DNA of 20,000 nt from an uncultured virus (IMG/VR IMGVR_UViG_3300027892_000017) (taxonomy: Duplodnaviria > Heunggongvirae > Uroviricota > Caudoviricetes): IMG/VR virus record IMGVR_UViG_3300027892_000017, positions 112,441 through 132,440 of that record. One strand, given 5' to 3'. The notes beneath the pieces were generated by a model. The model saw only the letters and a list, made by a program, of their open reading frames with translations, made no database searches and was not told the DNA's origin. Below, in pieces: positions 15,987-20,000 of this stretch (positions are counted from its first letter, which is position 1; each line of letters starts with the position of its first letter). The position numbers and the translations under genes are program-made.

Positions 15987-16244
15987 TTAGATACGCTTGG
16001 TGATATCAAGAATTGCTTCAATCTCTGCCCAATCTTCATTGTGCGCTGACCAATCGCCTTTATGTGCAATTTTGATAGCACGATTAATGACGCTGGGTTT
16101 TACATTGAGTTCTTCTGCTACTGCCTTAACTGTTTCTTTCAAGCCTTCTGATAAATCTTCAATTTCACGAAGTACTGTAGAACCTTCACTAATCAAACGC
16201 TCCAATTTTGCCTTTTCTTCTGCACCGTAATTACGACCTGACAT
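15987..16244 (-). CDS. Small helical dsDNA-binding protein (T4 DsbA/GapR-like)
   Basis: 85 aa; L..LI.E......IE.L.E.LK......AEEL.V....INR.I...HK pattern resembles T4 DsbA; AAGGAG RBS. Confidence 0.65.
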   Translation of the reverse strand: MSGRNYGAEEKAKLERLISEGSTVLREIEDLSEGLKETVKAVAEELNVKPSVINRAIKIAHKGDWSAHNEDWAEIEAILDITKRI

Positions 16245-16267
16245 ATTGATTCTCCTTTACATAGCCT

Positions 16268-16296
16268 ATTATATATTAATTATCATCCTGTGTCAA
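16268..16296 (-). promoter_or_regulatory. Sigma70-consensus promoter for the dsbA-like/polB operon
   Basis: TTGACA (16296-16291), 17 nt, TATAAT (16273-16268): perfect consensus. Confidence 0.9.
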
Positions 16297-16311
16297 CACC
16301 TAAGAAATTTT

Positions 16312-16343
16312 AAAGACAAAAATGGCAGAATAAATCTGCCATT
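16312..16343 (-). terminator. Rho-independent terminator ending the upstream (structural) transcript
   Basis: 9-bp stem AATGGCAGA/TCTGCCATT with a 5-nt loop (16321-16343), running into TTTTTGTCTTT on the minus strand, 15 nt after stop 16359. Confidence 0.82.
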
Positions 16344-16358
16344 AATGCTTATACTTGA

Positions 16359-17990
16359 TTACTTCTGTAGTGAGTATTTGAAATCACTATATTGTTTTTG
16401 TAATCCTAAGATTTCTTCATCTTCGCTGTCATTAAAAGATCGAGCTAATGTGTCTAACTCTTTCATTTCTTCATCGCTTAGTGCGCCAGTTGATGGAGTT
16501 GGTTGTGGAGTTGGTTGTGGAGTTGGTTGTGGAGTTGGACGTGTACCTCCGCCACCTCCGCCACCACCACCTGGTACCGGAGTAGCGGTTGGAGTTGGCG
16601 GAGTTTCTGGAGTTTCTGGACTACCACTTAAACCGTAACCTAACGTTGCTCCAGCTGCTGTTGCGGCAAGTGCTGTTTTGCCTGGATTATTTTTTACAAC
16701 TTTAGCTGCTTGATAAGCACCACGTTGAGCAGCTGGCATTGTTGCCAATTGCTTTGCAAATTTCTTTGAACCTTGACCAGTCATTTGTGCAGCACCAGTT
16801 GATGTTAGTTTACCAGTTGCAACTGGTGCACCTGATAAACCTGTCTTGGCAGCTTGGTAAATACCTTTACCAGCATTCCATGCACCTTTAACTAAGTCTA
16901 ATGGACCTTCGTCAACTCTTGATTCAATTGCTTCTAAACGATCACGTAAAGCTGCATACTTTTCTGCTTCACTCATATTTTCCTTTTTAGGAGCTGCATT
17001 GGCAGTAATTGAGTCTGCTGATAAAGGATTAGAACCAGAAGCTCGATTTTGTGCTGCCCTTAATGTTGCTGCATTGGTTGCCGCTGGCGCACCACCTGCC
17101 GCCGCAGCCGCAGGTTTTCCATTTGCCTTTGCTAGTAGCTCTTTAAAACGTTGTAATTTTTTACCTACAACTTCGCCTGCTTCTCCAGCTGCTTTTGTTA
17201 AGTCTTGAGTTGATGGACTACCTGGTGTTGGTGTTGCTGTTTGACCCGGAGTTGGAGTTGCTGTTTGACCTGGAGCTGTTGCAGTCTTGTTCATAGAATT
17301 TTGTAACTCTGAATATTGTTGCGCAATGGCTAACATTTCAGGGTCTTCTGTAGATCCAAAACCCTGTACAATTTTTCCAAGTTCTGCCATTAATGGCTTT
17401 GCTTCTTCAACACCTTCTACTAACTGATACCCAAAACTTTCAGCTAACTGGCGAGCAATTGCTCCTTTGAAGTTTAAAGTTTCATTAGTAGCGTTGCCAA
17501 CTGATCCAGTATAACTACTTCCGCTATTTGGACTTCCAGTATTTGGTGTGCTGATTGCTGCCTTAATTTTGGTAATTAATTCTTTAGCTTTTGCAATAGT
17601 TTTCTTGTGTTCCGCATCACCAGTAGCTTGTTGAGTATTAACGCTAGTTCCCTTATCAAAATTGCCAAGGCCCTTAATACCAAATAACCCACCTTTTTCT
17701 TGTGAGCCATAAGCAGATCCAGTAGCACCTTGTGCCGCTATTGCTGCTGCCAAATCTGGAGCATAACGTTTGATCCAGTCACTTGGCATAACTTTAATTT
17801 GAGGTTCGCCACCCCCCATACGTGCATTAGTTTGATCCATGTATTTGACCTTGCCATCCTTTGGGTCAATAAATGCTGGCATGTCTACTGTGGGCTTTTT
17901 ACCCATTTCTGTATATTTTGCAATAACTGCTGTTGGATCTTCAGCTTCTGAAAGCTGATCCATTTTGTTGATAAGTGCTCGTAAGTCCAT
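16359..17990 (-). CDS. Ala/Gly/Thr/Pro-rich protein, probable virion internal/head protein
   Basis: 543 aa; low-complexity linkers, repeated hydrophobic-x-E/(A,G,S) sites and a hydrophobic segment ALAATAAGATLGYGL. ORF is solid; function is inferred. Confidence 0.6.
   Translation of the reverse strand: MDLRALINKMDQLSEAEDPTAVIAKYTEMGKKPTVDMPAFIDPKDGKVKYMDQTNARMGGGEPQIKVMPSDWIKRYAPDLAAAIAAQGATGSAYGSQEKGGLFGIKGLGNFDKGTSVNTQQATGDAEHKKTIAKAKELITKIKAAISTPNTGSPNSGSSYTGSVGNATNETLNFKGAIARQLAESFGYQLVEGVEEAKPLMAELGKIVQGFGSTEDPEMLAIAQQYSELQNSMNKTATAPGQTATPTPGQTATPTPGSPSTQDLTKAAGEAGEVVGKKLQRFKELLAKANGKPAAAAAGGAPAATNAATLRAAQNRASGSNPLSADSITANAAPKKENMSEAEKYAALRDRLEAIESRVDEGPLDLVKGAWNAGKGIYQAAKTGLSGAPVATGKLTSTGAAQMTGQGSKKFAKQLATMPAAQRGAYQAAKVVKNNPGKTALAATAAGATLGYGLSGSPETPETPPTPTATPVPGGGGGGGGGTRPTPQPTPQPTPQPTPSTGALSDEEMKELDTLARSFNDSEDEEILGLQKQYSDFKYSLQK
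16493..16538. repeat. 12-bp coding tandem repeat (Pro-Thr-Pro-Gln)
   Basis: TGGAGTTGGTTG x3 plus a partial copy, adjacent to a poly-Gly tract. Confidence 0.9.
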
Positions 17991-18011
17991 GATAGTTTCC
18001 TTGAATTCTGT

Positions 18012-19547
18012 TTATTTAGTTAATGCTTGTCTAGCTGCCGCACCGGCAACTGGAAGGGCCGCTGTAACTGCTGATGCTATTTTGCCGCCAGGACCAGGAG
18101 TTGCTGCTTGTTGAGGTAATGCAGCGCCATCAGGACCAAAACCATATTTTGCTGCTACTGTGGGATTCTTAGCAATTGCTGCTTTAGTTAATGGGCCAAT
18201 TATGCCATCAGCATCAACACCTAATTCTTTTTGCATTTGCTTAACTCCCAAATTTCCTTGAGGTTTAGCTGCGGCAGTTGCTGGAGCTTTTGGATTAGGA
18301 GTCATTGCGCCTGGAGCCGGAGTTGCCGTTTGACCAGGAGCTGCTGCCTTTTTATCTTTAGCTGCCGCTGCTAATTGTTCTTCTTCGCTTGGAAGGAAAC
18401 TACCAGTACGTGCTTTATCTCTACCTAGCTGTGCTGCGGTCAATCCCATTGCTGCCGCTGTGCCAACAACTGGAACAAAACTTGCTAAACCAGCACCGGC
18501 TGATAGTGCAGCACCAGTGTAATCACCTTTCTTAATTCTATCGTAAGCATCAACACCGCCAGCTATTGCGCCAAGTCCTGGTAAAAATCTACCTGCCAAC
18601 TTACCTGCTCCCGCTAACATGCCTGGTGCTGGTGCTGGAACCGTTGCTGCTTCTTTCAATTGAACAGCGTCAATTGGGTGTCCCATGATAATTTTTGTAT
18701 TATCATATTGAACATAAGCACGACCTTCTCTAAGTTTAACAACTTTGCCAAATACTGCTTTCTTTAGTACGTTGCTGTATACTTTAACTGGTGCGCCAAC
18801 TTCTACACTACCATAGCTTTCTGCTATGCTTTCTTTCTTAGCTGTCTTGGCAGCATCCTTCCATGCTTGTGCTGTGGGTGCTTTTGGATGGCTAGCTGGT
18901 CTACTAGTACCTGCAGCCTTGCGCTTGTTTACATTATAGTAAAGACCTTTTTTGGCTGCTTCGTCAATATCTTGTTCTTTCTTAGACAACTTCTCTGTTT
19001 CACGACGTGCTTTGTCACTTAGGTTAGTAACTTTGCCACGACCATCTTTATTAGCAGTGGACTTTTTCCACTCGCCTTCATCTTTCCAACTTGTGACTTT
19101 ACCATCTTTATCTTTTACTTCAGTACGTAACTCAGCTAGTTCCAATGCTTTGGCTTTGTGCTTAACATCGCCTTGCTTGTCAGCTTTCTTTTTATCTTTG
19201 TGTGCGCCAGCGCCACTTGTTGTTGCGTTTTTAGCTACAAAGTTGCGTGGCTTAGGAGCTTCAGCTTTAACAGTTTTGCCCTCGTCCATACGAGTCAAAA
19301 CACGATTGACAATCTTTTTAACTTGTATCTTTTTCTGCTCTTGCTGTTCTTGTAGCGCACCTAGCATTTCATTATTGACTACTTTTAAATATTCATTAAT
19401 GTTGCTTTTGAACTTAGGAGTAGTTTGTTGAGGTTTAGAGTACTGTTGCATGACCATTTGTTGAGCCATGTTAGTACCTTCAGTGATTATTGTTTTTTCT
19501 TTAGTTCCACTGTTATCAACAATGGATAGGAGTTTCTTCATGTCCAT
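18012..19547 (-). CDS. Modular Lys/Ala-rich protein with C-terminal peptidoglycan-binding-like motif; probable virion internal protein
   Basis: 511 aa; VKQMQKELGVDADGIIGPLTKAAI (18174-18245) matches the PG_binding_1 DGxxGxxT pattern; Gly/Ala hydrophobic hairpin; many hydrophobic-x-E sites. Confidence 0.65.
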   Translation of the reverse strand: MDMKKLLSIVDNSGTKEKTIITEGTNMAQQMVMQQYSKPQQTTPKFKSNINEYLKVVNNEMLGALQEQQEQKKIQVKKIVNRVLTRMDEGKTVKAEAPKPRNFVAKNATTSGAGAHKDKKKADKQGDVKHKAKALELAELRTEVKDKDGKVTSWKDEGEWKKSTANKDGRGKVTNLSDKARRETEKLSKKEQDIDEAAKKGLYYNVNKRKAAGTSRPASHPKAPTAQAWKDAAKTAKKESIAESYGSVEVGAPVKVYSNVLKKAVFGKVVKLREGRAYVQYDNTKIIMGHPIDAVQLKEAATVPAPAPGMLAGAGKLAGRFLPGLGAIAGGVDAYDRIKKGDYTGAALSAGAGLASFVPVVGTAAAMGLTAAQLGRDKARTGSFLPSEEEQLAAAAKDKKAAAPGQTATPAPGAMTPNPKAPATAAAKPQGNLGVKQMQKELGVDADGIIGPLTKAAIAKNPTVAAKYGFGPDGAALPQQAATPGPGGKIASAVTAALPVAGAAARQALTK

Positions 19548-19551
19548 GGTA

Positions 19552-20000
19552 TTATTTCTTTGCCATTATGTCTTTTTTAACTTTGCCAGCAATCTTGTTA
19601 GCAACTTCAGTTGAATAACCAGATTTTTTAGCACTAGTAACTACACCTTTGAAACCTTTGTTCCCACCAGTGTTAGGCTTGCCTACATCACCAGTTCCTT
19701 TTTTAGCTTCCATGTATGTGCCACATTCTTTTAAACCGTGGACTGGACATGCTTTACCTTTAGGTGTATGGTTGCATTTGCCTTCACCAAGTGCCGCACT
19801 GGCATTTGCTTTCTTTAAATCTGCGCCGGTAGCTTTCATTCCAGGCACTGTAGTCTTTGCTGTTGCCGATATACCAGATTTTTGTGGTGCACCACTTACT
19901 GCGGTTTCTTTAACTTTCTTATCTTTGCCGCCTTTTTCATCTTTACCAAGGCGACCAGCAATAACGTCACCACGTGTAATTTTGTCATATGGTTTAGCAT
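19552..20000 (-). CDS. Lys/Gly-rich protein, 5' end outside the window; CxHx6CxxHx4C motif
   Basis: Frame stays open from 19552 to the window edge (AKPYDKITRGDVIAGRLGKDEKGG...), so the ORF-track start at 19848 is internal; contains CNHTPKGKACPVHGLKEC. Confidence 0.75.
   Translation of the reverse strand, partial: AKPYDKITRGDVIAGRLGKDEKGGKDKKVKETAVSGAPQKSGISATAKTTVPGMKATGADLKKANASAALGEGKCNHTPKGKACPVHGLKECGTYMEAKKGTGDVGKPNTGGNKGFKGVVTSAKKSGYSTEVANKIAGKVKKDIMAKK

Noticed and set aside
15981..15988. T4 late-promoter-like AATAAATA before the polymerase leader (similar at about 5512-5519)
   Set aside because: Not the exact TATAAATA consensus, adjoins tandem stop codons, and is expected by chance in AT-rich DNA.
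16493..16570. Short tandem repeat as a possible CRISPR array or origin iterons
   Set aside because: No spacers; the 12-bp unit is in frame and encodes a PTPQ linker.
17..19431. All plus-strand ORFs in the track (e.g. 17..271, 2361..2690, 11774..12097, 16246..16638, 18952..19431)
   Set aside because: They are antisense shadows of well-supported minus-strand genes, with no recognisable motifs.
1..20000. Stop-codon reassignment (TAG is rare as a stop; I noted it only at 9883)
   Set aside because: Long genes are uninterrupted in code 11 and coding density is already near complete, so recoding is not needed.

Overview
AT-rich, gene-dense segment of a large dsDNA phage, probably T4-like (inferred from gene content, overlapping start/stop codons and a T4-type PolB/clamp/DsbA set). 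All credible genes are on the minus strand and read in genetic code 11. From right to left it contains three long, low-complexity, probably virion-internal proteins, then an intrinsic terminator. Next are a DsbA-like DNA-binding protein, a family B DNA polymerase, a truncated NDP-sugar dehydrogenase and a putative sliding clamp. A ~12 kb cluster follows with 7-deazaguanine genes (TGT/DpdA-type transglycosylase, FolE, QueE with an atypical Cys motif, and a QueD-like protein with an LxxxHRHxF motif). These are interleaved with a GT-B glycosyltransferase, Gfo/Idh/MocA and MDR dehydrogenases, a cupin, a purine phosphoribosyltransferase, a HIT hydrolase and a SAM methyltransferase. No QueC and no canonical QueD are visible in the window. 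Best candidate for a new system: a replication-coupled, sugar-elaborated 7-deazaguanine DNA hypermodification pathway. It includes an apparent cluster-less QueE paralogue and a transglycosylase carrying a copy of the polymerase's C-terminal clamp-binding-like peptide. All assignments come from motifs read by eye; no database search was run.
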